A stretch of 64,000 nucleotides of DNA from assembly GCA_964016885.1 (NCBI GenBank), contig OZ024744.1, positions 7,812,001 to 7,876,000 on the forward strand, read 5' to 3'. This document shows positions 1 through 13,827 of this stretch, one piece after another. A model generated the notes under the pieces. It was not told the DNA's origin and made no database searches. It saw only the letters and a program-made list of their open reading frames with translations. The position numbers and the translations under genes were made by a program. Numbering within the stretch: the first letter of the stretch is position 1; every line of letters starts with the position of its first letter. The stretch comes from Eledone cirrhosa. Its lineage: Eukaryota.

Positions 1-479
1 GTATGTAAATGTGTATTTGTCTGTACGTGCGCAGAAGTATCAAGCGACCGATATGTCTACAGATGTTTAGGTAGCACGAAGCTAATTAGCAAGGTTAATC
101 AAAATATAAGATCAGCTTTTAACATAATTGAATGCAGCAATAAGTTGATAGTGAATTAGTAAAAGAGCATTGTAAAGTGATAACAACATAGACGGTATCC
201 ATCGCGGTATCAGCTTATTCGACTGTGTGTAGACCTGCCACTGATTAGCTCATACGTCATATATCTTTCATGTACCACAGACAAACTTATTTGCTTTACC
301 TATCTTTCCTATATTCGTACGAAGGATTATTAGAAGCGGACATACATTTGAAATATTTAGGAAATATAGGATTCAGTTCTTCTGTACTTAAAGATTCAGC
401 ATCGCCACACCCGATAAAATCCATGTAGTTAAATTGTTAACTGTAACTTTTAATTTAATAATTGAAATACCTAACGAGA

Positions 480-830
480 ATCTTACATATGAAAACATTG
501 GTTAAAGGAGGTCGCTTAGGATCTTTTTGTAATTTGTGTTGCCGTCAAATGTTCCAATCATTGGAACAACGGAACGATCTGCAAATTAAGACACGAGCAG
601 CCTTAATTTAATTCTCAGGGAGATTCACTATAACACAGTATGCGACATACCTGGGCTTTGAATCCCTGGTATATTTCCTTTTTGCCAGCTGAGTGGACTG
701 GGGCAATGTGAAATGAAGATACATGTTCAAGGACGCAATACACTACCATTACTCGCTTAGTGTGTCCGCAAATATGAACTTTTTTGATAGATTGCATCAT
801 TTTTTTAAACACGCACTAAATACCATTTTG
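480..830 (-). pseudogene. Highly decayed LINE ORF2 C-terminal fragment (CR1/L2-like)
   Basis: ORF 615-812 contains 'IYQGFKAQVCRILCYS', resembling the post-RT 'LYKAxVRPxLEYxS' motif. Downstream 'SFRCSNDWN' resembles 'SFFxRxxxxWN'. Weak and interrupted. Confidence 0.3.
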
Positions 831-1204
831 TTCAAGGAGAAATTGGTTAGTAATCCCAGTATATACTATAGCACTATAGAACATAGAAAGTACAGATGGT
901 TCAGTCCCATCTAGTAGTCAACTATATATAATAACTTTCACATATTAGTACATACACTTCCACTCCTAGCCATATATATGGGAGCATATTTAACCCATGA
1001 TATATACTAGAGGTGTAGACCAAATATGTGGAATACCAAACCATATAATATCATCGTGCAGTTGCTGACGCCTATAATCTAAACATGATATAAATACAAA
1101 CCCTGACATCTACTAAACACCATCAAACGGTAGGTAGAATGAGAGAATGGACATTAAAGACACGATACTTTAACCATATATATATTTATATATATATATA
1201 TATA

Positions 1205-1518
1205 TATATTGTTATACTTGGGGAGGTTCATATTGTTGTAATAGTATTGCCAGAATTAATAACAGAACACACTCACTGTTTGGTTGGTTTTCGCTTCTGT
1301 ATCTTTTATATCTCCACAATTAATTCATTTGGTCCTTAATGTTTATTATTGACTGACCAACGGTCAAAAATACAGATATAATATAGATATAAACACATAT
1401 ATATAGTCTAACAAAGTTCTTTACAGAAGCGAAAACCAATCAAACAGTGAGTGTGTCCTGTTATTATTTCTGGCAATATTATTACAACAATATGACCCTC
1501 CCCAAGTATAACAATATT
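1205..1518. repeat. Fold-back inverted repeat (about 95-bp arms) between (AT)n tracts, probably PLE-derived
   Basis: TGTTATACTTGGGGAGG...TTTTCGCTTCTGTA (about 1210-1301) is the imperfect reverse complement of TACAGAAGCGAAAA...CCTCCCCAAGTATAACA (about 1422-1513). Confidence 0.8.
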
Positions 1519-1571
1519 TGTTTCGACACACGATTTCATATAAAAAACCTCGCAAAACAAATCCATCGCCG

Positions 1572-1690
<119 letters not shown>

Positions 1691-1852
1691 GGGGTTAAAT
1701 GAACAGGGATGTGTGGACCACATTAAGGTCTATCGGTTGTGAAGTAGATAAAAGGAAACGCACAACGAGCTGTATAAAGGTGCAAGACGGAGCATTATAT
1801 ATCAATAAATGATCGGAGGCCATATTCAGTTGGTTCAGGTTTATCTAAAGTC

Positions 1853-1908
1853 TGTTTTACATATTTCGCTGAGGATTATCAGTTTTGATAGCTTGAGCTA
1901 ATCAGACG
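1853..1908 (-). ncRNA. Degenerate hammerhead-like motif in a probable PLE terminal fragment
   Basis: Minus strand reads CTGATTA-GCT...AGC-GAAA-TATG-TA. The G8 position is mutated and stem I is poor. Confidence 0.4.
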
Positions 1909-2115
1909 GTAATACCCATAAGAAAAATGAAAGTTCATAAAAAAACCTTTATGTTTCGAAACATCCAACAACTTCTTCGAGAAAGATTTCCATTTCTTTA
2001 TACAGAGAGCCCGCCGGCCGGCCCCTCAAAAAATCATAATTGATAGTCGCCAGCGAAATATTATAATGGATTTTAAATAAAACTGAATCAACAGGATAGG
2101 GCCTCAGATCTTTTA

Positions 2116-2155
<40 letters not shown>

Positions 2156-2159
<4 letters not shown>

Positions 2160-2716
2160 AGCCCAATTTTCACTGCCATATACCATTGCAGGTAAAACTG
2201 TGCTATTGAAGAGGTTGGCGCGAGTGGACTTGTCCAACCTCCCCTTGAGCACATCCCTTATGCCGTTGAACGCCTTCCGTCCGGCTCTTACTCTCCGCGA
2301 GATCTCCCTCTCAATGTCTCGGCGCATGTTCACTTCTCGTCCTAGGTAGACGTATTCCTCCACCTCCTCTATTTCAACGAAGAGAGAAGAGCAGAGGCTG
2401 GTAACGGCTCAAAGAGCCATGGAGAGATCAATGCTAGGAATCTCGTTGAGAGAGCACATCAGGAGCGAAGTCATCAGACAGAAGTCCGGCGTGAGGGACG
2501 TCATCACGGAATATATGCGCAGCAAGTTAAGATGGGCTGGACACGCCACCCGATTCACCGATAATCGGTGGACCCGCGCAGTTGACGAGTGGTACTCGCG
2601 CGAGCGGAAACGACCACTCGGAAGGCCTCCACGAAGGTGGAGTTACGATTTTAGGAGTGTGATTGGGACTACATGGATGAGGAAAGCACGATCCAGAGAG
2701 GAATGGACGGCGTGCA
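2156..2716 (+). mobile_element. RTE-clade LINE 3' fragment with 5' inversion (2156-2375 antisense, 2375-2716 sense)
   Basis: Minus peptide EEYVYLG...RRVRAGRKAF...LFNSTVLPAMVYGSENWAT continues as plus peptide TKREEQRL...MERSMLGISLREHIR...KLRWAGH...RPLGRPPRRW, a typical RTE ORF C-terminus. Confidence 0.9.
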
Positions 2717-2724
2717 TATATATA

Positions 2725-3108
2725 TCGAGGGAGTCTAACGCAAAGTTACTGTAGGTTCACCCAGGCGAGTACTCAATGTTTAGGTTCACGTCAGTAGCGA
2801 GGTGTAGAGCTAGACAGAGTGTAATATAATAATACAAGGACGATTTGTTAAGCCTTTATTAAGTTTATTGATTGGTGTTGAGCATTTCGCTATTGATCAG
2901 CTCAAGGTTCGATCTATATCGATCTGGCCCGACTCTGGAATCAAAAGCTCGTCGAACCTCTGCTGTAGTAATAACAGAGTCCGACGAGCTTTTGATTCCA
3001 GAGTTGGGCCAAAACGATACAGATCGAACCTTGAGCTGATCAATAGCGAAACGCGCGTCACCAATCAAGAAACGTAATGAAGGCTTAACAAATCGTCCTT
3101 GTATTATA
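2725..3108 (+). mobile_element. About 380-bp non-autonomous fold-back element with HHR variant, copy 1 (copy 2 at 13457-13815)
   Basis: A unique leader of about 105 bp, then an inverted repeat from AATACAAGGACGATTTGTTAAGCC to GGCTTAACAAATCGTCCTTGTATT. The right arm has CCGACGA-GCT...AGC-GAAAC-GCGC-GTC. Flanked by (TA)n. Confidence 0.8.
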
Positions 3109-3459
3109 TATATATATGGGGGAGGGGGTGCTTTTATTTATGCGTATATGTATGAGAGTTTTTGTGCATGTGCGTATGCTTCGGCGTAAATGAAAGTCAG
3201 TGTGTTTATAAGTACTCCATTAATATCTGAAAATCTCTTCCGATGAGAACGACATTTCAGGGGAGACTACCTGTCCGGAAACGTGCAACTCTTCTGCTAG
3301 AAATTCTGCTTATTATTTCTTTTTCTTTTTTTTTCTTTTCTTTTTCAAGTAGATCTCCAATAATTTCCACTGATGGAGATATGGGGTAATGTCTGACGTA
3401 TGCGATTTGTTCGCAAGAAAAATATTAAAACATAAACAGCGTAAAAACCATCTTATTGA

Positions 3460-3686
3460 ATGACATGTATGCATATGAATATAAACATATACTTATATGT
3501 GCATATATATGCATGTATGCATATATATATATATAAATATATGTATATATTTACACGTATAAATACATATATATAGTATACATATATATACGTATACTAT
3601 ATAAATGTATATGACTATATATACATATATATATCATATATACATATATATATTTTATATATATATGTATATGTATATATATATAT

Positions 3687-3750
<64 letters not shown>
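3460..3750. repeat. Degenerate (AT)n/(ATGT)n microsatellite
   Basis: Direct reading. Confidence 0.95.
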
Positions 3751-3752
<2 letters not shown>

Positions 3753-4231
3753 TATCCGTAATTCCAGCAAACATAAAGGAGATATTTGTTTCGCTCTCAA
3801 AATATATTTTGATTTATCATTTCTTACAATAATAGAGTGCTTCAAAAATTCTCAATAATATCCTCATATATATTTTAAAGTAGGAATATGAATGTAAATG
3901 AAGGTTTTTGTCAACTTTAGTTCTTCATTTATTTCGTTGGAACTGACTTCAGGTTTATAGCTATATACTATTTATATATTGTTAATTTTTCTTACTATAC
4001 TGTACATGCTCCAGTGTCCGGGACTCCAAGATACCACCAAGGGGCGTAATACGGACAAAATTGGAGTTTTACCGATTTTATTTATTTTTCGGATGTTTAG
4101 TATAAATCAGATTGTCCAATATTTAGTCCCTTAAATTTTGTGTGCAATATTTTGGCGATATCTCATAATTTTAAAGAAATCTTCATATAATTCCAATAAC
4201 AATAATACAAATATATTATCATTATTCCCTT

Positions 4232-4852
4232 TACGATCTGAGTTCAAATCTCGCCGAGGTTAATTTTTTCTTTCATCCTTACGGGGTCGATAAAATAAAG
4301 TACCAGTAATGTACTGGGTAATTGCTGGCCTTGTGCCAAATGTAGGAACAATTATTATTGTTGTTGTAATGGCGGTAGATTGGCAGTATCGGTAGAGGGT
4401 CGGACAATATACTTTCCGTCATAGAGTTACGACCCTTTACGCTCTGTATTCAAATCCTGCCGGGTTTAGCTTTAAATTTCATCCATACGTGGCCGATAAT
4501 TAAAGTACCAGTAATGCACTGCGGTCTATTTAAATGACATTTCCCTCACGCCAGATTGCTGGCCTTGTGCCTAAAGTAGAAATAATAATTATTATTAACA
4601 ACAACCATAATAATAATTATTATATTTTTGTTATTATTATTATCATTATTAGGGCGTTGGATTGGCATTATCGGGAGAGGGTCGGGTGCCATGCTCTGGC
4701 GTATAGAGTTACGGCCCTTGACATTCTGAGTTCGAATCCCGCCGAGGTTAACTTTGCCTTTCATCCTTAGGGGGTCGATAAAATAAAGTACCAGTAATGC
4801 ACTGATTTATTGCTGATCTTGTGCCAAAAGTAGAAACAATTATTATCATTAT
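4232..4852 (+). mobile_element. Three head-to-tail tRNA-derived SINE copies (about 4232-4358 partial, 4369-4595, 4652-4852)
   Basis: A-box-like TGGCAGTATCGG, B-box GTTCAAATC/GTTCGAATCC, shared core TTTCATCCT..GGGGTCGATAAAATAAAGTACCAGTAATG and tail GCTGGCCTTGTGCC...(ATT)n. Resembles octopus tRNA-SINEs (from recollection). Confidence 0.85.
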
Positions 4853-7800
4853 TAGGTCCCTTAATATTATTTTCTATGAGACTGTTGTTTCTTTTATTAT
4901 ATTTTCTTATTATTATTCTCCCCCTCCCTCCCCCTTCTCCCACTTATCCCTAACAGTGTGGTGTTGGCAAATTCTACAGACACTTATTATTTAAATATTT
5001 TTTATTTCCTTTTTTGGTTCATTTACTTCAAATATTTCAAAAATAACACTTTAAACTTTGCGTTCATTTTAAAACTGTGTATTCCGTGCCTTTCATCAAA
5101 TATTCTATTTTAAGTTCCTCTTGAATATATTTAGTTTTATTTTTTATCGAAGAATTCTATAATTACCAATATTTACATGCCAAAATAACCTTTCCGTGTA
5201 GTTGCTGTAATTTATTTTCAGTTCCATGCTTTTTATTGTTGTCAATGTTGATTTTATTTTTACGTATTTTAGGAAATGGATAATATACATTTTTTTTTCA
5301 TCCTTTGGTGCTCTAGTTGTTGTTGTTGCTATACAGGCTGTGACCATGATTACTTGGCTGGTATCCACGATTTCTTGACATTCAATATTTCAAAAGAATT
5401 CTTCTTCATGGATTTTATTACGACCCTTCATTGTTGATCATACACTAACATTTTACACCATGTTCTGCTGATTTACATTTCAAATTTACATTGGTGCTGC
5501 ATTGACAACAGTATAGCATACCTATTATTTCGTTCCTGTACAGTGAACCTCTGAACCATTGATACATACCTTTTATTTTTCAAAACAAAAACATCGTTAA
5601 CTGTAATTATGTTACCGGAACATACAGGAGGTGAGCCCTGGCTCAGCGACTGGCCAATACAAAAACATTGTGGGCTGCCCAAATAGCTGACTCTAATAAA
5701 TGCTGCATTGCATTCCCGTCACTTATTACAGTTCTACTGTTGAATGTTTGGTACTTAGAGTGGGACGGAACAATCTTCCATCGTCATTGGAATCCACAGA
5801 CTGAACACCCACGTAAAGTTTATGTTATCAAGCGAGTTAAGGTGTTGTTTGAACCCATATACAAGCGGCTACTGGGAGTTATCTGTGTGAGCTGAGTAAA
5901 TTATTTTGACCAATGTATTATGGATCTCTGTGAGAAATAGTTAGAAATTTCCTTCAACGAAGAGTCTGCTGCTGTGTTCCTGTGCTATAGGAACGCCTAT
6001 TGAATCACACAACGGCCACCACTTTTCTCAAAAATATAAATAAGATTGTCTTTTTATAATAGCATATTAATTTATTGAAACTTCATCGTTAATATCTTCA
6101 ATGTATCTCCTGTTCTCATTCCGAGTTGCTAAAGTCAATCATCGCTCCACTCTTTTTACGTTTCCTTCACGGAGGAAATTTTGATAAATAAAGAATTTAT
6201 CGTGTATGGTATGCAGTAAACTCCCGTCCAGTCCTCACTGCAGTACATATGCAGATATCACTGTTGATATATTTTCTATGATTAGTTTAAAGAATGGAAT
6301 AATTAAGATACAAAGAATAATATTCGATAGTGATATAAGTAGCTAGAAGTCTACAGGAAATATCGGAAGGAATCATTCTCAATGATAGGCTTAGCAATAT
6401 CATCATCAAATGATACAAGGATAAAGGTAATATTGTACAAAGAATTAACTATAGACACCTCACAATTTTGGATCAAGTTGTAAAATGAAACGAAATTGAT
6501 TAGGAAATAAGGTTGCTTAGACGAGCTGCGGGCCGGATTTACGTTTAGATCGATATTCCTTTCTTACGGAGACTTCAAGAAATGTTCACATGAAAAAATA
6601 ATTATCGCAAAATGTATTTGATACACTAATCTAGTTGTCACTAAACGATCAAGTGATAGGCGAGATGAGTGTTATGTATGTTATGCACAGTGATAGCGCC
6701 ACCAACAAAAACACTTTCTGCTTATGTGTATTGTAGTCTAGTAGGCTATAAAAGAGATGTTTGGTTTTGGTTTTGGCTCTCCTCCCTCGGGAAGATCTGT
6801 CTACCAAAGATCTAATTGTCTTAGCTGAATCAGTCGATAAATTACAAAGACATGCTACATGTGGAAGCTGACAAATAATTTCCTATGTAGCAGTTGGAGA
6901 ATTCATGATATGTATTCCTTGATATTCCGAGAAATAACAACTAGATTAAATTGATTGTTAACTTATTTGATTAGCAGTGAAGGAGAGTATTCAGATGGTT
7001 TCTATAGCGCTGGGAAGAAAATGATTCTCTCCGGGTGAAAGGCAAATAGTAAAGTTCTTGTAAACGACGAATGACATCATATAGTTGTGAAACAGGAGTA
7101 GTGTACGTTGAGGATTCGTGAAAGGCACATTGTAAGGCTAATGTTGTAGAACGACGATCTGAGAGATTATAATTGAAAACGTTGTGAGTAATAAAGTGGT
7201 CTAATATAGCTTGTACCGACCGTGATATGTTGGAAGATTATTAGTTAACTACGTCATATTTAATATAAGATATCCAAACGTTTCGGACTTCTCTCAGCTT
7301 TCTTTCAAATTATGCCTGCATATATTATCTACCGCAGACAATAACATAGTCTTAATGTACATATTTAATGTGTACATGTATAAGACTATGTTAATTCACT
7401 GACATGCTGCTGTCGTATTTCCAATTCTGAATTTGACAGAGATATCGACATTTCCATTGTAACACATAACACTGCCAAGCTACTCCATACTCAATTTAGC
7501 CTTCCATGATCTCTATATAGGTTTGTTCGTTTGTCTTTCCTTGTTTTCACTTCAGAAAAAAAAAGATCCAGTCTAAGATCTCTGCTTTGTGGCTAATATT
7601 TTCTCCCTGCTAAAGAACTAGAGTGCACTGTGCTATTTTTATTACTGTTACGCAGTTTAAGTGTCAAACAAATATGCAGTTATTGTAATGTGTTGTTCTA
7701 TGGTGGTATTCCTCCATTTAAATGTAAAGAATATCAATAGCTACATATATATATATATGTGTGTGGGGGGGGGGGGGTGAATCGTATTCGAAATGTTCAT

Positions 7801-8089
7801 ATAAATATACAATTTTATAGGCTCGCTGTGAAATTAGTAGCGGTGAATTTCACCACTCGGGTTTAGCAACCAAATGAGAACACCCAAACGGCATCGTTTC
7901 TGCTCCTTTAACCGTCTTAAAAGGGACTAAACTTACATGCTAAGAGGAATATAATCTAAAAGCTTAAAGTATTATACTTGTGAAGATTGGCCGAAGAAGC
8001 TCATTTGCATAGAGAACAGAAGCTGGTCAGCTCTAATTAATGAGAGGTTTATATATTCATATATGTATATATATATATATATATATATA

Positions 8090-8271
8090 AGTTAAAACAA
8101 TGAAATAAAAAATCAAGTCATTAGAGATATATTTCACTGCTTTACGATCGTTTCTAGATGATGATAATACATTGTAGCTATACTTCGTTATTGATCTATG
8201 TAAGGTTAGTTACAAAATATCAGATAAAGAGAATATTTACTTACATGCATATCACCAGCTGTTTTCAAAAG

Positions 8272-8275
<4 letters not shown>
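8090..8275 (-). mobile_element. Probable PLE terminal fragment, related to 9020-9165
   Basis: Shares TTTACGATCGTTTCTAG and ..GATCTATGTA..TATCAGA with 9033-9119. The minus strand gives GAAAC-GATC-GTA, an HHR 3' half with palindromic stem III. Confidence 0.5.
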
Positions 8276-8762
<487 letters not shown>

Positions 8763-8795
8763 TATAATAACTTGTGTGTTATACCTCTATTCTTT

Positions 8796-8829
<34 letters not shown>

Positions 8830-8831
<2 letters not shown>

Positions 8832-9690
8832 GATAAATCTACCAAAAGTTTACGGTAGTGTCCAATCCGTATGAAGAACTCAATGTAATCCGGATATCAT
8901 GAAAAGAGAAGATGCATTCAAAAACTACTTTCGGTGAAAAATAAACGGAAAACAGAGTCAAGATAAATTACTAAAAAAATAATGAATAAACAAAGAGACA
9001 GTTCCTTATATTAAACAAAAAAAGTTCATTATTTTACGATCGTTTCTAGGATATATATGTGTTAGAATTGGTATGCATATTCTATAGATCTATGTACAAT
9101 ATTTATACAAACTATCAGAGGGAATATACATACCTTCACATATATATGCTGTCTTCAGAAATAATGATACTTGTTTATTGATAAGAACAAAGATTCAATA
9201 CAATAGGACTGTTTGGGAACAGGTTTTGAATTGACCAATCAGGAGATAGTGAGGGTCAAGATAGTGATATAGCATTAGGAGAACCTTAAATTATGGGTAG
9301 GGGAAGTAGATTTCAGTTTTGGATGGAAAAGAGTATTATGAATGAAGGATTACTTTAGGGAAGAAGTAGGTCATATGCTGACCTCAGAAATAATTTTATT
9401 TGTTCATTGAATAAAACCAACAAAGATCAAATATATTCTGTCTGTTTGGTAAGAGGTTTAGAATTAACCAATAGAAAGTTAATATTTGGCCAAATGGTAA
9501 AATAGTAGTAATTGAAACTTATTTTAGGGGTGTAATTAGGTCAGGTGGTCAGTAGAAGGTATACAAGCAGTTGCTGTTATAAAATAGTGATGCCAATACA
9601 AATATCTAGAGTGACCAGAGTTTTAAGATAAGGATGTTAGTGAAAAAAATACATCTATGAAAAGGATATAAAATTAATTTAATTGATGGG
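8830..9690 (-). mobile_element. Probable PLE-derived fragment with a diverged internal direct repeat (period about 230 bp)
   Basis: HHR 3' half at 9035-9046. TCAGAAATAAT...AACAAAGAT...CTGTTTGG...GAATTRACCAAT occurs at about 9155-9240 and about 9384-9472. Bounded by (TA)n. Confidence 0.45.
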
Positions 9691-9691
9691 T

Positions 9692-9751
<60 letters not shown>

Positions 9752-9914
9752 ATAAAATTATACTAATACATATAGATGTGATAAATAAGAGTTAGAAGCA
9801 GTTGAAAAGTGCTGTTAAGGATGAGGGGAGATTAAAAAAATATAAAAATTATATATATATATATACATATATATACCTACATATATATACACATACATAC
9901 ACACACACATACAC

Positions 9915-9947
<33 letters not shown>

Positions 9948-9967
9948 CATACATACATTTTTTAATA

Positions 9968-10042
<75 letters not shown>

Positions 10043-10350
10043 TGTATATATTTATTTATTTATTTATGTATACATACCAGTCTCGCCGGAATCAAAGTTA
10101 GAAATTATCTCAGGGAAAAGTAATGAAAATGAAATGTATGTTGATCAAGATATATCAAACAGCAAACTCGCAAAGGCATTTCGTTTTAATTCGCGGAAAG
10201 AAGAGTATGAATGTCATTTCATGTGTATCTTTGTACTTTATACGATACTTTCATTAAATGATGTATCAACTGTATATGATTGTGAGAAATTGAATGCAAT
10301 TTATAACTGTATAAACCTTGAAATACACACAGAGACACAGACAGACACAG

Positions 10351-10427
<77 letters not shown>

Positions 10428-10430
10428 TAA
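9690..10430. repeat. Cluster of (AT)n/(AC)n microsatellites
   Basis: Direct reading. Confidence 0.9.
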
Positions 10431-10784
10431 AAATAATAAAATAATAAAATAAGGTTACATATATCGTTTAATCATAATGATTATTTCCACGGTTCTCCAT
10501 GCAATCGAGATGTCCTTCCTGCGTTTGCTGTTGATTATGAGAACGGTATCCTCAGATGAAAATCGATATATTTGATATGTCGCTGGCAGGAAAACACACA
10601 TTCTAATGCCTGTGTACTCAGCAGACATATGAGTTTCGTCAATGGATGTCAGCCATCCCGTTTGTTAGAAAAAGCTATCAACGAAAAAAGACGAAAAGAA
10701 CGAAGAACTGTGTGCAGCCAAAACCCAGTAGACAGTTGAAGCAATAAAAGAAGCTCTGAGGGGGGGGGGGGGGGTATATATTTA

Positions 10785-11320
10785 GTTGACAACCACCTAT
10801 AGACAACAAGTACAACAACAACAACACAACGACAACTACAACAACAACAATGACAATAACATCAAAACGCCGACCAAAGTTGTCTACACTGGTCGCAATA
10901 GTCGTGCTGATACCATCACCCTATTGACAACAACAACTATAACAACAGCTACAGTAAAAACACTTACAACGACAACAACAACAAACGACAACAACAGCAA
11001 AAACACAGACCAGCGTCGTGTATACAGGTCGTAGTCGTCGCAGTGACGGTACCACCCTGTTGACCGTAAACAGCGATAACGCCAGAGCAATAAAAAGGAG
11101 TTTAGAGGTAGGTGGGTACACAGAGTTGGTGTTATCAATCACCATGACCATAAACAGTAACAACAACAATGACAACGACAACAAACACCAACACCGCCCA
11201 TCACCCATCCCGTTCGTCGCAGTAGTGGTGGTATCAACTATGTCAGTCTTAAGCCATTAGTAACACCAATAACAACAAGAAGACCAGCGATGACCCCCAC
11301 CACGGCGACGGCGGCAACAG
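10785..11320. repeat. Degenerate (AAC)n-rich low-complexity region
   Basis: ACA/AAC triplet runs. Overlapping ORFs are T/N/Q-rich with no domain motif. Confidence 0.75.
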
Positions 11321-11561
11321 GAAATATGTCACGCTTCCATGAAAATTAAACTAACCACAATAGTAGTCCGTTGAAACAAGGAGGTGAAAATGGGATCGAA
11401 ACATAGATGGGTATTTATATATATATATACATTCCCAGTTACTACAATCCTCTCTATCATTGTCAGGCACAAGGCTAGCAATGATCATAGCATTCAGTCC
11501 CAACCACAGTAGCAACAATACTATCTAAAGGGTTGTTAGGCCATGGATAGATAGATAGATA

Positions 11562-11622
<61 letters not shown>

Positions 11623-11771
11623 CAAATATATTATAATCATATATATATAAGCAAAAGGGATATTTAATTTGTTGGTAATCCAACGAATATATATATTTAT
11701 AACTGATTCGAAACACTCGACAGTTTCCTGGAGTTAGATAAATGAAACTATATTTATAAAACCATATTTAT

Positions 11772-11824
11772 TCTATTATATATATTTCAAGGGTACCAAA
11801 ACTTTGGTACGCACTCATCAGATA
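11772..11824 (-). ncRNA. Type I minimal hammerhead ribozyme (mirror copy)
   Basis: Reverse complement reads TATCTGATGAGTGCGTACCAAAGTTTTGGTACCCTTGAAATATATATAATAGA. Confidence 0.7.
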
Positions 11825-11891
11825 CAGAAAAAGTTGAACCGTTAAGACCTCCTTCCTGGATATGTCAATATTTATAAAACAAACTTTGTAC

Positions 11892-11946
11892 TTTATCTGA
11901 TGAGAGCGTACCAAAGTTTTGGTACCCTTGAAATATATATAATAGA
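11892..11946 (+). ncRNA. Type I minimal hammerhead ribozyme
   Basis: TTTAT/ATAGA stem I, CTGATGA (11897-11903), stem II GAGCGTACCAAAGTTTTGGTACCCTT, GAAA (11930-33), palindromic AT stem III, predicted AUA cleavage triplet. Confidence 0.75.
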
Positions 11947-11984
11947 ATAAATATGGTTTTATAAATATAGTTTCATTTATTAAC

Positions 11985-12155
<171 letters not shown>

Positions 12156-12499
12156 TACTTCCATATTATGAATATATGTGCAATTATACGCATGTGTACA
12201 CATGTAAATACATGAATCTATAAATTTGTTTTCCTGTGAATATGTGTCTGTCTTCATGAATGTGCGTGAGTGAAAATACATACAATTACACCCCTTTATT
12301 TCTCATTTAATTTAAATTTTAAGAAATAAGATGCGAACTACCTGAAAATTAAGTTTAAACGTAATTAATGACAAATTTCAATTTGCATTTTTGCCTTATA
12401 TGCATAAATATATACCTGCAAAATAATTTATTTTTTTATTCAGAGTTAGGTGGCAGTGAGTTTATTTCTTCTATTATTTATTTGAAATTATGTAATACA

Positions 12500-12788
12500 A
12501 TGTTGAAAACAAATAATTGTTTCTACTTTAGGCACAAGGCCAGCAATTATCCAGTGCATTACTGGTACTTTATTTTATCGACCCCGTAAGGATGAAAGGC
12601 AAAGTCAACCTCGGCGGGATTTGAACTCAGATCATAAAGGGACGTAACTATGCTGGAAAGCATGGCGTCCGACCCTCTACCGATACTGCCAATCCACCAC
12701 CCTGTTGAAAACAAATAATTGTTTCTACTTTAGGCACAAGGCCAGCAATTACCCAGTACATTACTGGTACTTTATTTTATCGACCCCG
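12500..12788 (-). mobile_element. Two tandem tRNA-SINE copies (full about 12500-12702, partial about 12703-12788), same family as 4.2-4.85 kb
   Basis: Reverse complement of the core (ACTGGTACTTTATTTTATCGACCCCG), B box (GGATTTGAAC) and tail (GGCACAAGGCCAGCAAT). Confidence 0.85.
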
Positions 12789-13456
12789 ATTTTTAAATAT
12801 TTTCATATTTGCAACCCCTTCTCAACCAACTACTCTCGGGTCTCCAATAATGCCTCTTTCAACCCCGCTTGATGATTTTTCTGATGTTTTTCCAACTTCC
12901 ACTCCCTGCTTATTAAATTTTGCTAATCTTTCTCCGGCGAAATTTTATTTTAAGTGGTAGATTTCCTGCGATGACTAATTTTCTTTATACATTAAAAACA
13001 TTATACCTGACAAAAAAGTACATTTCTAGAAACCTCATACATCATAAAATAAATAGGATGGGTTGAAGTCTCAATATGTGAACTAAACTACTAATTCTGG
13101 TTTTTTTTAAAATCAACGGAAACAACCTAGAAAACGTACCAGTTTTCAACGCCCAACTCCACTTATGCCAACACACCCGCTCATTCCAACCCTCCCTCCT
13201 ATTATTTGGGACTTGAGTGTACATATTGTTATAATCCAGCATATTCGCTTTTATATTGCATCTTGATGGGATATAGTAAGCAATCTAGCTTCTTCTAATA
13301 TTTACCCTTATGTTCTTTTAAAACGGTCACATCTACATTTGAAACGTATTAATGGATGCATGGTACCAAAAACATGATAGGGTGTTCATAGATCTCTTAT
13401 CAGTGCTCACAATATATATATATAATTACCAATTATGAACAATATATATATATATC

Positions 13457-13815
13457 CAGGGAGTGTAACATGAAGTCACTGTAGGTTCACCCAGGTGAGT
13501 ACGCAATGTTTAGGTTCACGTCAGTAGCGAGGTGTAGAGCTAGACAGAGTGTAATATAATAATACAAGGACGATTTGTTAAGCCTTTATTACGTTTATTG
13601 GTTGGTGTTGAACATTTCGTTATTGATCAGCTCAAAATTCGATCTGTATCGATCTGAATGACAGAATTCTGTCATTACAACAGTAGAGGTCCGACGAGCT
13701 TTTGAATCCAGAGTCGGGCCAGATCGATACAGTTCAAACGTGAGGTGATCAATAGCGAAACGCGCGTCACCAATCAAGAAACGTAATGAAGGCTTAACAA
13801 ATCGTCCTTCTATTA
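13457..13815 (+). mobile_element. Fold-back HHR element, copy 2
   Basis: Same leader CTGTAGGTTCACCCAGG...GAGCTAGACAGAGTGTAATATAAT and same inverted repeat as 2725-3108, with an altered left arm near the centre. HHR variant at 13688-13771. Confidence 0.8.
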
Positions 13816-13827
13816 TTATTATTATAT

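Larger units (their letters stand above)
11738..11979. mobile_element. Fold-back PLE-type terminus with a hammerhead ribozyme in each arm
   Basis: Arms about 11738-11824 and about 11894-11979 are reverse complements. Each has CTGATGA-stem II-GAAA-TATATA-TA. Confidence 0.85.

Noticed and set aside
3238-3290. CCGATGA...GAAAC hammerhead-like spacing
   Set aside because: No convincing stems I-III or cleavage triplet.
5668-6480. Possible ancient piggyBac-like transposase remnant ('VKVLFEPIYK...NYF')
   Set aside because: The similarity is too short and interrupted to support without an HMM search.
12790-13222. Possible MITE or DNA-transposon end (…TTATTTGGGACTTGAGTGTA)
   Set aside because: No matching second terminal repeat or target duplication found by eye.
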